A stretch of DNA of 64,000 nt from Nitrososphaeria archaeon (GTDB taxonomy: Archaea > Thermoproteota > Nitrososphaeria > JACIWG01). The notes below the pieces were generated by a model. The model saw only the letters and a list, made by a program, of their open reading frames with translations, made no database searches and was not told where the DNA came from. Positions 10,403 through 19,856 of this stretch are shown here, piece by piece (the stretch's first letter is position 1; each line of letters starts with the position of its first letter). Location of the stretch: the NCBI GenBank assembly GCA_050011875.1, contig JBEKIG010000016.1:31088-95087 (forward strand). The letters run 5' to 3'. The translations under genes and the position numbers were made by a program.

Positions 10403-10565
10403 TGTCCTTGTTTAATTTTGGCTGATTTAAAAGGTTATTATTATTAAAGGTCCAATTAACCTACATAGAATATAAAGGATTCAAAGAATTAAAGGCAATA
10501 TATGAGCTATCAAAAACATACTCAGAAGATTTTAAAACTGATAATCAAAAAAATAGGGGAAAGGC

Positions 10566-10647
10566 ATGTTTCCATGAGCTTCGCGTTTTCAGCAACTTTC
10601 TCTTTTGATGGCATCTGCCTGAACTTCGCTAGACTGATAAAGATCAT
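10566..10647 (-). pseudogene. N-terminal scrap of a GYD-domain-like protein
   Basis: Manual translation MIFISLAKFRQMPSKEKVAENAKLME, then the similarity stops. Confidence 0.4.
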
Positions 10648-10832
10648 TTTATTACTTAACCATTAGAAAGAACCTTCTCCCTTATAAGATTATTAAATCT
10701 TCACAACTAGCTACTACTTTCTTTTTTTGATTTGTATATTTCTATAATATAGCTATAAATATATTATAAATAAGATTCTAACCTACTATATCTATATCTA
10801 TATTATATCTATTAGATATTTTAGTTATGTTA

Positions 10833-11231
10833 TTAGGTGTTGGAATTTTTTTCCTTTTCCTGTTTGAATACTTCGCATTGAGGTAGGTGTTCGCCTAGAG
10901 CTTTTAATCCCTTAAATTCTTTCCAGCAGTAAGGACACTTTGTCAAAGTTATTTTTTCTATCACTTTCACGGTTGGTATTTGAACGTTTTTCTCTATGAT
11001 CTGCTTCTCATGTCTTTTGTTAAAGTCTTCCATGTATTTTTCTAGTCTTTTTTGGTCGGCCAAAATATATAGAACCATATCTGAAAGGAACTGGTTTGAA
11101 GCTAGGATGTTTATGTATGGTGCCCAAAGTCTTTCTATTAGACTTTGGTGTTCGTGAGAGAACCATATAACATTCGATTTCTGGGTATATGGCAGGTGTT
11201 GTTTAACCTTGATTTTACCCAACTTGTTCAC
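10833..11231 (-). CDS. Element protein with C-terminal C2HC/C2H2-type zinc finger
   Basis: 'KCPYCWKEFKGLKALGEHLPQC'. Confidence 0.75.
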   Translation of the reverse strand: MNKLGKIKVKQHLPYTQKSNVIWFSHEHQSLIERLWAPYINILASNQFLSDMVLYILADQKRLEKYMEDFNKRHEKQIIEKNVQIPTVKVIEKITLTKCPYCWKEFKGLKALGEHLPQCEVFKQEKEKNSNT

Positions 11232-11234
11232 CTT

Positions 11235-11525
11235 CTATCGTTTAGGTTTTCTTCCTATCGTTTTATTATCTGAATCAAATATCCAGTAGAAGAAACCTTC
11301 CTTAACGATCTTACCTTTATGATTTTCTAGGTCCTTGAGTAAGTTCTGATATTCTATGCTATCGTTTTTTTCTAATTTCTCATATAAACCGTTTTTCCCT
11401 TCTGTTTGAACCCACTTATTACATTCGACCTTCTCAGAAATCTTATTGCCTTTTATTTCTGAGCATATTTTTAAAATTTCATCCAATTTCTTATCTAGAA
11501 ATTCCAAGAAATCTTTTTCATCCAT
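11235..11525 (-). CDS. Hypothetical element protein
   Basis: Operon-coupled to both neighbours; 'FFYWIF...TIGRK' C-terminus. Confidence 0.75.
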   Translation of the reverse strand: MDEKDFLEFLDKKLDEILKICSEIKGNKISEKVECNKWVQTEGKNGLYEKLEKNDSIEYQNLLKDLENHKGKIVKEGFFYWIFDSDNKTIGRKPKR

Positions 11526-11694
11526 TCTTATCCCTCTCGATATAAGGCTTGATCTTGAGCTCGCCGTTAACTTCCATCAAAACTTTCTTGATCTTATGCC
11601 CTGTTTGGCTTTCATAAATTTCGAGCCAACTCTTAGGCAGAGTGATCGCTCTGCTATATTTACCTAGTGAGATGACAGCTTTTTTAATTGGCAT
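11518..11694 (-). CDS. AbrB/MazE/SpoVT-family DNA-binding protein
   Basis: 'MPIKKAVISLGKYSRAITLPKSWLE...ELKIKP'. Confidence 0.8.
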   Translation of the reverse strand: MPIKKAVISLGKYSRAITLPKSWLEIYESQTGHKIKKVLMEVNGELKIKPYIERDKNG

Positions 11695-11773
11695 GATTTC
11701 AGCAAGGTATATATTTCTATTATACTTTAAAAAATTAGAACGTAGATTGGTCAACGATTCTAAAGGTCAAAAC

Positions 11774-12409
11774 GTGGACGAAGCAAAAAAGGTAAAATCG
11801 AATATCAGAATAGGGATATTTCGTGGCATAAAATCGGAAAGAAATAAGGTGATATTAAAGAAAATAATGTTTGAAAAGTATATCAATAATGAGAAAAACT
11901 TGACCACTAAAAAAATAATTGAAATTATAAGAAAAGAAGAAGGGGATAACTATAAAACTGTCCAAAAATGGGTTTCATTGAGGCTAAAAATACTTGAGGA
12001 AAGGGGATATATCCATAAGAAAGAAAATGGCTCTTGGTCTTTTTCCTTTAAAGGTATATCAGTCACTTTGACTTTGTTAGACAATATACAACCGTATATT
12101 CCATTTCTTAAAGAAGAAATAATTGAAGTTATTGCAATTGAGGAGGCTAAAGGAGGATTATATAAACCGAAAAAGATGAAAATAAGTGAGTGGAACGCTC
12201 TTAAAGAAAAGTTTAGATCATATGAATTTTTTAAATTTTTAAGAGAAAAAACAAACGAGTGGATTCTTGATCATTTTGACTTGGATGAATGGGATGACAG
12301 AAAATTTATATTGCATCTAGTAAATGAAATTGAACTTCAAGCCCTTGAGAAAAAGCATGGTATTTTCAAAAACTATGATCTTCAATCGAAGTTTTATCTT
12401 GGTAAATAA
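11774..12409 (+). CDS. Winged-helix protein (element regulator); start uncertain
   Basis: 'LTTKKIIEII...VSLRLKILEERGYI......WSFSFKG'; divergent from the AbrB gene. Confidence 0.7.
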   Translation: MDEAKKVKSNIRIGIFRGIKSERNKVILKKIMFEKYINNEKNLTTKKIIEIIRKEEGDNYKTVQKWVSLRLKILEERGYIHKKENGSWSFSFKGISVTLTLLDNIQPYIPFLKEEIIEVIAIEEAKGGLYKPKKMKISEWNALKEKFRSYEFFKFLREKTNEWILDHFDLDEWDDRKFILHLVNEIELQALEKKHGIFKNYDLQSKFYLGK

Positions 12410-12578
12410 ATAATCAATAAAGTAAAAGTATTCTTTTTTATTGTGTGCATAATTTAATAAAAAAGTTGATGATATATATGGCTTTCAGACTGTGAATTTT
12501 CTTGAATAGGGTGCAACTCATTTGATGTCTTTATTTTATAAAAATACTCAAAGAAAACAAATAATTTATTTTGTCTAT

Positions 12579-13118
12579 TTACGCAGAAATATTCGACCAT
12601 TCATCCCGCAATATGCTGTAGAAATAAGTATTGTGGAAGGAGCCGTTTCTGAATAAGGCTTTTCTCATCTCTCCCTCCTTCACAAAACCATTTTTTTCCA
12701 TAACTCGTTGGGACGCCAGGTTTCCAACATCTGTCGTTGCTTGAATCCTCTGCATATTCCTTGTTAAAAAGAGGTATTCAACAATGAGCTTAACTGCTTC
12801 AGTGCCGTATCCTTTATTCCGTTCATTCTCAGAGTGTAACTGGAAACCGATTTCTATATTTTGCATAACGGGATGAACCGTGTAGTACACCACTATGCCT
12901 AATTTTGCTTTATCCTCATTTCTTTCAATAATGAAGACTGTAAATTCATTCGGTCCTATCTCTTCCCTAAACCATTTTTCTACTTCACCCCAACTTGCCA
13001 ATTGAAAAGCATCAAACTCACCTGCAATATTAGGATCATTTACCATACGGTAGATGTCACGAACGTCATCCTGTTCGAGTGGGCGAAGACGTATTTTTAC
13101 ACCTTGTAATAGCACCAT
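12579..13118 (-). CDS. GNAT N-acetyltransferase, RimJ/RimL family
   Basis: 'RLRPLE', 'RNKGYGTEA', 'NLASQRVMEKNGF..EG'. Confidence 0.9.
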   Translation of the reverse strand: MVLLQGVKIRLRPLEQDDVRDIYRMVNDPNIAGEFDAFQLASWGEVEKWFREEIGPNEFTVFIIERNEDKAKLGIVVYYTVHPVMQNIEIGFQLHSENERNKGYGTEAVKLIVEYLFLTRNMQRIQATTDVGNLASQRVMEKNGFVKEGEMRKALFRNGSFHNTYFYSILRDEWSNISA

Positions 13119-13426
13119 TGAGATTCCCCCTTGTTATGATGCACAAGGCTCACATATAACGTTAAAAGGAAAAAATTTCTGTAATATTATTTAACGGATT
13201 TATTAGGTGCCAAGAAATCGAACTGAAACTACTTATCTCAGATATTCTTACAGCCGTACCAGTATACCTTATAGGCAGACGCTTCCTTAGAGAATGATAC
13301 GCCTTCCTCGGATCCAGCCTATTCTCACTGGCGCCGATAAACTTGGCTTCCGTAGACAATTGATGCAAAAGCTTTTAGAACAGGCGTAAACCTAAACTGT
13401 GAACTGCAGAGGTTGATGCGTTTTAC

Positions 13427-14077
13427 ATGACTTACATAGTTCCTTTGTTGGTTGGAGCAGCGCTTGTTGGAGTTTTGCATATGTCAGCTCCAGACCACTG
13501 GGTTACTCTCTGCATTCTTAGTCGGGCATCAGGTTGGAATAGAAAAAAATTGTTCGGCGTATCACTTGCAACAGCGACAGGCCATGCTGTCCTTTCGGCG
13601 GCATTGGGATTTGGAATCGCTGTAGCAGGACTATTGTTCTCAAGGCTGATATCTTCCTACATTTCATACGCTGTTGGATTTGTAATGCTTGCAGTTGGTC
13701 TTTTCATTGGTGCCAGGGCTCTTGTGTCTAAAAAGAAAAGAGAGGTTACCCCAGAAGAGAAATTACTTGAGAAGAAGGAAATAAAGCATGAGTCGAGACT
13801 CAATGGAATTGGTTACTTTGCTGTCCTTGGAGCAGCACTATCTCCCGACCTAAGCATCACACCTATCTTCCTCGCTTCCATTCCAGTTGGTCTGGTATTT
13901 GCATTCTATCTTCTCATCATCTTTGTGGTAACGTCAATTCTCGCTCAAGTGGTTCTCGTTCAAGTTGGCATCAAAGGACTTGCTAAAACATTTGAGCATA
14001 TTCCTGAGAAATACAATGATTCTATTGTAGGCTTCATTATCGCTGCCATCGGAATCTACATCATATTTGCTGGCTAG
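13427..14077 (+). CDS. Ni/Co transporter-like membrane protein (RcnA/HoxN/UreH-related)
   Basis: 'LHMSAPDHW' and 'GHAVLS' motifs; about 6 TM helices. Confidence 0.7.
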   Translation: MTYIVPLLVGAALVGVLHMSAPDHWVTLCILSRASGWNRKKLFGVSLATATGHAVLSAALGFGIAVAGLLFSRLISSYISYAVGFVMLAVGLFIGARALVSKKKREVTPEEKLLEKKEIKHESRLNGIGYFAVLGAALSPDLSITPIFLASIPVGLVFAFYLLIIFVVTSILAQVVLVQVGIKGLAKTFEHIPEKYNDSIVGFIIAAIGIYIIFAG

Positions 14078-14340
14078 ACAATCAAAATCAACGAAAGCAA
14101 ACTTGGAAGGCACCTTCGCCTCTTTGATTAGAAAGTACCAAACAAACAGCGGGTACAGCCTCAGGAATTGGCTCTCCAAATCTTAGCGCAAGATGGTAGG
14201 CCACATCATCAGGCGTGGACAGACAAACGGATTCACCGTGTAACCTATCAAAGAAGGAATGTTCTTGAACAAACTGACGTGCAGCTTGCCAAAGCATTCA
14301 AGTTCCTTAGGTAAGGTTTCTTCTACATCGCTACCTAAAA

Positions 14341-14538
14341 CTACTTTTTTTTATCTTCTATATAAGTCATAGGTGTATCACAATGAGTAGGTAAAGGCAT
14401 TGAACGATCACATGATTGACATTCGAGCCTGATCACCTTCTTCTTGATAAAACCCTCTTTAATAGGTCTCATTGGAACACCATGATGGGTTGGCACAAGC
14501 GTCCGATAACCACAGACATGGCAAATCAATTCCACCAA
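14341..14538 (-). CDS. Small duplicated metal-binding ribbon protein
   Basis: Two copies of CxxC-x6-PTH(H/C)xxPM. Confidence 0.75.
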   Translation of the reverse strand: MVELICHVCGYRTLVPTHHGVPMRPIKEGFIKKKVIRLECQSCDRSMPLPTHCDTPMTYIEDKKK

Positions 14539-14631
14539 ATCGATGACCCACTTAACTATTGCCTTACTTCCTTTAAAAACTATTTTTTAAGAAAAAGATT
14601 TACATACAGCGCATAAGTGACCAGTTGAAGA

Positions 14632-16158
14632 ATGAACAAAGACATCTTACTTGGAATCGATATTGGCACAACTGCCGTCAGAGCGTTCGCCTTCAATTAT
14701 CAAGGCAAAATTGTCAAGGAGTCAAAGATAGAAGTAAGAGTTGAACATCCAAAACCAAGCTGGGCTGAGCAGGACCCAGACGAACTTTACGATTCCACAT
14801 GTAAAGCAATCATTGATGTAGCTAAAGCAGTTGGTGACAGGGTGAAGGCGATCGGATTCACTGGACAGATGCACGGCCTATGTATTGTCGATAAAATGGG
14901 GAGGCCTTTGACTAGACTGATTCCATGGGTCGATGTTAGGGCGGCAGAACAGGTTAACAAACTCGAGGAAAAGATAGGCGCGGAAGAATTGTACAGGAGA
15001 ACAGGGTGCCCTCCATTGTTCATTTATCTTGCACCAAAGATACTCTGGATGAGAGAGAATATGCCAGACATATTCTCAAAATGCCATAAAATAGTAACAG
15101 CTCAAGACTATGTTATTTTCAGGCTCTTTGGAGACTATTATACAAACCCGTCTTTGGCATCGGGGTCGCAGCTACTCAATATAACATCGATTAAGTGGGA
15201 TAGCAGGTTGCTCGAGGCTGTTGGAATCGATGAGTCGATGCTACCAAATCTTGTTGAAGGAGACACCGTTTTCAACAAATTACCGGGGAGTGCGGCTCAA
15301 AATCTGCATTTAGCGGAGGGCCCCCCCGTCGCATTAGGAGCTTCTGATGGGGCTCTATCAAATGTTGGCCTTGGAGCTGTAGCAGAAGGCGTCGGCGCAT
15401 TCAGTCTAGGCTCCAGCGGCGCAGTTAGGACAGTTTCAAAACATCCAATCTGGGATAAGAATATGAGGTTCTTCTGCTACTATATAGCTTCTCGAAATTG
15501 GCTTACAGGTGGGGCTGTAAATAATTGTGGCATTGTCTTAAGATGGTTCAGAGAAAACTTTGCAGAAAAAGAAGTGGAAGAAGCGAAGAAAAGGGGGGTA
15601 GATGCTTACACTCTTCTGGATGAGCAGGCAGCTAGAGCACCGCCAGGATGCAACGGTTTGATGTTCCTGCCTTTTATGTCTGGTGAAAGGTTCCCCATTA
15701 GGGACCCTTACGTAAGAGGAATGATATTTGGTTTAAGTTTAGGTCACGGGAGGCCACATATCATAAGGTGCATGATGGAGGGTGTAACTTTCACTTTACG
15801 ATGGATACAGGATGCCATAGAGGAATATGCCCCCATCGAATCTTTGAAAGTAAGTGGAGGAGGAGCTAGATCAAGTTTATGGAGACAAATTGTTAGCGAC
15901 GTCTGTGGTAAAAAAGTCATAAAGACCAATGTTGAGGAAGCATCATCTTTAGGAGCAGCTATTTTAGCTGGCATAGCTATTGGCGATTTCAAGGATATGA
16001 AGAGAGCGTCGGATGTGTTGGTCAACAACGTTGGAGAACATGAGCCTTCATATGAAAATCATGTGCTCTACGACAAAATATTTGAGCTGTACAAAGACAC
16101 CTATACAAACTGCAGAAACTACTGCCAAAGACTTTTGGAGATTGCAGAACAAAAATAA
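14632..16158 (+). CDS. FGGY carbohydrate kinase (gluconokinase/xylulokinase-like)
   Basis: 'GIDIGTT', 'WAEQDP', 'GQMHG', 'FLPFMSGER', 'SGGGARS'. Confidence 0.92.
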   Translation: MNKDILLGIDIGTTAVRAFAFNYQGKIVKESKIEVRVEHPKPSWAEQDPDELYDSTCKAIIDVAKAVGDRVKAIGFTGQMHGLCIVDKMGRPLTRLIPWVDVRAAEQVNKLEEKIGAEELYRRTGCPPLFIYLAPKILWMRENMPDIFSKCHKIVTAQDYVIFRLFGDYYTNPSLASGSQLLNITSIKWDSRLLEAVGIDESMLPNLVEGDTVFNKLPGSAAQNLHLAEGPPVALGASDGALSNVGLGAVAEGVGAFSLGSSGAVRTVSKHPIWDKNMRFFCYYIASRNWLTGGAVNNCGIVLRWFRENFAEKEVEEAKKRGVDAYTLLDEQAARAPPGCNGLMFLPFMSGERFPIRDPYVRGMIFGLSLGHGRPHIIRCMMEGVTFTLRWIQDAIEEYAPIESLKVSGGGARSSLWRQIVSDVCGKKVIKTNVEEASSLGAAILAGIAIGDFKDMKRASDVLVNNVGEHEPSYENHVLYDKIFELYKDTYTNCRNYCQRLLEIAEQK

Positions 16159-16330
16159 GGAACATCCATTATCTTTTTCATGTGATATTTCTAAACGTGA
16201 AATGTAAATGTAACACAATAGATTTTCACAATTTGTAAATTTCTTTGTCCAGTTTTCATATTAATTCAAGTTTTCACTCTAGCTGTTGCATTAGCCGCAA
16301 TACTTTTCTTCCTGTTGAAAAAAAATAAAA

Positions 16331-16690
16331 TCAAGATCTGATCAGTACAAGAAGCATCTTAAACCTATTAGATGCCCTAACAGAATGAGGAGTATTTCCG
16401 GGTAACGTGACCATTTGCCCTATTTCTAATCTGAACAAATTATCAGAAATGGTTACGGATGCTTCACCTTCAAGAATATATATCAACGCATCATATGGAG
16501 CTTTATGTTCATTCAACCCCTGCCCCTTGTCAAAGGCAAAAACAGTTATTGAACCCGCATCGTTATCGATTACAGTATGACTCACTATTGCGTCCTTCTG
16601 ATATGATACTAAATTAGCTAAATTGACTGCTTTCAAAGGCAATTTATCTTTGCCGACATCTTCTTTTATCATATATTCAAGGTTGCACAA
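16331..16690 (-). CDS. Cupin domain protein
   Basis: 'FDKGQGLNEHKAP...ILEGE...PHSV'. Confidence 0.88.
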   Translation of the reverse strand: MCNLEYMIKEDVGKDKLPLKAVNLANLVSYQKDAIVSHTVIDNDAGSITVFAFDKGQGLNEHKAPYDALIYILEGEASVTISDNLFRLEIGQMVTLPGNTPHSVRASNRFKMLLVLIRS

Positions 16691-16772
16691 ATTATTGATA
16701 TTTAAGAATTCTTAATAAGGTAAGCTCGAAATTTTACATAACTTTTTTATCCCCTTAACATATAAAAGTAGC

Positions 16773-17156
16773 ATGGCGACTTTAAATGTGCCGACAGGAT
16801 TACTTAAAGCAATTCTACTCAAAGAAGCTTCAAGAGCGCCTCTCTCCGCAGTAACGCTCATAAAAAGAATATCTGAGAGAACCGACGGATTATGGCAACC
16901 TAGCCCTGGTTCAATATATTATCTTACGAATGAGCTTGAAACCAAAAACTATTTAAAAAAACTTGAAGTGGAAAATGAGAGATATCCAAAGTATATTATT
17001 ACTCCAAAGGGTCAGGAAGAATTCAACAATATTATAAATGGCTCAAACAAAGACATACTAAAGCTGGTAAAAATCTTGATATTATACTCAGATGTGATAG
17101 AAAATAGATTTCTTAAAGAAGAACTCGATAAGTTATATCAGAACTTTAATAAGTAG
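16773..17156 (+). CDS. PadR-family transcriptional regulator
   Basis: 'WQPSPGSIY...L...Y.ITPKG'. Confidence 0.88.
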   Translation: MATLNVPTGLLKAILLKEASRAPLSAVTLIKRISERTDGLWQPSPGSIYYLTNELETKNYLKKLEVENERYPKYIITPKGQEEFNNIINGSNKDILKLVKILILYSDVIENRFLKEELDKLYQNFNK

Positions 17157-17199
17157 ATTTTTAGTTATTTTAGAGGCCCACACGCCCCTTTTTCCTTCA

Positions 17200-17452
17200 G
17201 AACTGATCTTCTTATCCTCTCACCTCCCACTTTCTGCTTTTAACCGAAAGTTTCAGGTCAACCCTTCGACTTTCAGTAGCTAAGTTACCCAAGCCACAGA
17301 TCATGTTCGGTTCGATGACTCGAAGTTCATTTCCTCGGGCGCAAACAGAATCTTCAAGTGCTCCCGAACAGCGGATTTCCGACATCCACCTCCATGGTGG
17401 TAGATGCACGCGCATGAACCGTTCGAATGCCATTGATTCAACTGTTCGCTCA
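17200..17452 (-). ncRNA. Putative two-domain structured RNA of unassigned family
   Basis: Six nested helices found by eye; G-U pairs work on the minus strand; GUAA tetraloop; AT-rich TATA-like sequence upstream. Confidence 0.5.
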
Positions 17453-17768
17453 GGACGTATGAGCTTAATACTATTAATATTACCGTGTTTTATTATTTGG
17501 AACAAAAATTTTATATGACTTAATGGATAAAATTTGTTGACTGTTCGTCTCATAGATAGAGGTTAAATAAAATATATCATTAACAGTACAATATCTGTTT
17601 AATAACTGCCAAGAATTAGCATTTGCGAATAGCAGATTCTAACATTGACAGTTTTACCGGTGAGAAATGATGAGTAAGATAGATATATTAGAACGGGAAT
17701 TATAAATTGACCTGAAACACAATTTTCTCATTCACATTGTGAACTAGATAATCTAAATATGAAAAAAA

Positions 17769-18947
17769 ATGGAGATAAATTCAAAGCTTAAATCATACAC
17801 CTACCCATTCTTGGCTATGGTTAACCTTTTTGGACGCGCATATAAAAAAGAAGACTTACTTAGACGCATTGGAAACGTTGATCAAGTTGGCGGCGTAAAG
17901 ATTATTGAGCTTACGGAGAGTGTTGAACGCGGTGTTAGGACAGCTATTGTAAGAACAGGTGAATTGAACTTTCTCGTTGCAATAGATAGAGCGATGGACA
18001 TTGTTAATGCCGATTACAAGGGCATCCCATTAGCTTTTATAAGTCCGACGGGAATAGCCGCGCCTAGCTTTTTTGAACCGGAAGGATTAGGATGGACTAG
18101 AGGTTTTCCAGGAGGACTTCTTACAACATGTGGTTTAACATACGCTGGGGCACCCACAATTGATCAGGGTGAACAACTGGGATTGCATGGAAGGATTTCA
18201 TACAGTCCAGCTAAGCTGATCTTTGCGGGCGGATATTGGAAGAACGATGAATATACAATCGCTTTGGAAGGGGAAGCAAAAGAGGCCGTAATCTTTGGAG
18301 CTAACCTCACTATTAGGCGAAGATTAGAAGCCACGTTAGGCGGGAAACGTATAATTATCAAAGACAAGGTGACCAACGAAGGATGGAGTAGGCAACCCCT
18401 TATGATGATTTATCACATGAACTTTGGCTTCCCAGTTCTTGATTCGAATTCTAAGCTGGTCTCTACATCGCATCTATTTTTCCCGAGAGATGGGGAAGCA
18501 AAAGCTGGGGCTGAGAAATTTAATGAATTCCAGAATCCAACAAAAGGCTTTAACGAGAAGGTCTATATCCACGACCTGTTAGCGGACAAAGATGGATACG
18601 CATACTCGGCTGTAATAAACAAGAAATTGTTGGGTGGTCTTGGCACGTATATAAAGATACGGAAGAAGGACCTTTCCAAACTTATCGAATGGAAGATGAT
18701 GGGTGAAGGAACTTATGTGCTCGGTATGGAACCGTCTAATGGCTTTGTTATGGGAAGAGACAGAGACAGAGCTCTGGGAACACTGCAGTACATAGAACCT
18801 CAAGAAGAGAAAGAATTCTTTGTTGAGACAGGAGTTCTTGAAGGAGAAGAAATAAACTCGTATGAAGAAATGGTCTATGGCATAACTGGGAAGGAAAAAC
18901 CTGAGATGGTGGAGGACGTAAGAGAATTCCTAAAAAAAGTAAAATAG
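17769..18947 (+). CDS. Aldose 1-epimerase-like protein (DUF4432)
   Basis: 'DRAMDI', 'GGLLTTCGL', 'LHGRIS', 'YHMNFGFP', 'LGMEP'; likely start about 17817. Confidence 0.85.
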   Translation: MEINSKLKSYTYPFLAMVNLFGRAYKKEDLLRRIGNVDQVGGVKIIELTESVERGVRTAIVRTGELNFLVAIDRAMDIVNADYKGIPLAFISPTGIAAPSFFEPEGLGWTRGFPGGLLTTCGLTYAGAPTIDQGEQLGLHGRISYSPAKLIFAGGYWKNDEYTIALEGEAKEAVIFGANLTIRRRLEATLGGKRIIIKDKVTNEGWSRQPLMMIYHMNFGFPVLDSNSKLVSTSHLFFPRDGEAKAGAEKFNEFQNPTKGFNEKVYIHDLLADKDGYAYSAVINKKLLGGLGTYIKIRKKDLSKLIEWKMMGEGTYVLGMEPSNGFVMGRDRDRALGTLQYIEPQEEKEFFVETGVLEGEEINSYEEMVYGITGKEKPEMVEDVREFLKKVK

Positions 18948-19152
18948 GCGATTCAACTACAGTTGAAATAAGATGTTAGATGGATAAACCAGTCCTTCAG
19001 TTAGTTCTTTCATGGAACGAAAAAATATATCTTAAAATTCATATACTCTAGGGTAATATATAGCACGCTCTGATTTAGATTCGATGATTTTGAATGCTTG
19101 CTATCGATTGTAAGGGTTATATGCGAGGAAATTGAACGCTCTTTGGGTAAAC

Positions 19153-19392
19153 ATGTCTGAAAATAAGAAACTGGTTGTAGATATTCTCAAATGTGAGAAA
19201 CCCTTGCGTGTGCCTCCTGAAGTCCAAAAAGAGCTTAAGGGTACAGTTAGCGGCAAGCTGATTGCTGCTATGAAGAAAGAAAAGATCTGTTGTCCAATAG
19301 AAAACGTGGAGAAACCATTTCTTATCTGCTTTACATGCAAGAACTTCCATAGCAGAGTTAAAGGGAAGGTCTACTGCTCTGGCTTAAAATAA
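19153..19392 (+). CDS. Small Cys-rich archaeal hypothetical protein
   Basis: 'CP.......F..CFTC..F......KVYC'; ATG 19153. Confidence 0.65.
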   Translation: MSENKKLVVDILKCEKPLRVPPEVQKELKGTVSGKLIAAMKKEKICCPIENVEKPFLICFTCKNFHSRVKGKVYCSGLK

Positions 19393-19856
19393 GCAAATTC
19401 TTCATTCCATTTCCTACACATGTAATAGCATATCCTCCAGAAACCTATTGCCGGAGGTTTGTTAGGTATATCAAATATCTGTATCTGGTACACCTTTAGC
19501 GTCCTCTTTAATCTATCATCCCATACTGGAGCGTTTCTCTGAAGAAAACCAAGTCTAACAAGGTTCTTGATTATTGTTCCATATAGATTTCGTCTACTAT
19601 ATTTAAAAGGAGTATTGTTGTAAAGTAGTTCCTTGCCCTCTAACCTCTTAGTAAAGTTGTTCAATGAGTTCTTTGTCGCCCGACCTTTGTTTTCTTTCAT
19701 CCAATCAAGCAACAGTTTTGCGGCTACCCTAGTCTTTCTATTCGGAAAAAGGATTTCTAGAGCACTCTTTGAGTTAATGACGCTCTCTTCGGAAAGATTC
19801 AGTCTCATTATATACACTATTTCCTTTTGACACAAAATAAATGTTTCCCTTGTCAA
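19371..19856 (-). CDS. Hypothetical protein, probable winged helix
   Basis: 'YSRRNLYGTIIKNLVRLGFL'; coupled to the GTPase gene. Confidence 0.7.
   Translation of the reverse strand: MTRETFILCQKEIVYIMRLNLSEESVINSKSALEILFPNRKTRVAAKLLLDWMKENKGRATKNSLNNFTKRLEGKELLYNNTPFKYSRRNLYGTIIKNLVRLGFLQRNAPVWDDRLKRTLKVYQIQIFDIPNKPPAIGFWRICYYMCRKWNEEFAYFKPEQ

Larger units (their letters stand above)
6960..12450. mobile_element. Small integrated element 1 (decayed); boundaries approximate
   Basis: Integrase, nuclease-like ORF, C2H2 finger, AbrB-like and divergent wHTH genes with lower GC; no att repeats found. Confidence 0.7.

Noticed and set aside
6981-12578. att repeats TTGTCTAT (6981/12571) or TGTGCA(C/T)AAT (6934/12444) for element 1
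   Set aside because: Too short and AT-rich to distinguish from chance
14088-14297. ORF 14088..14297 and its overlapping frames
   Set aside because: No recognisable motif in any frame; may be decayed foreign DNA but cannot be assigned
17200-17452. RNase P RNA or SRP RNA
   Set aside because: Lacks the GAGGAAAGUCC/P4 pairing of RNase P and the intact CAGG..GGAA..AGCA helix 8 of SRP, despite partial look-alikes
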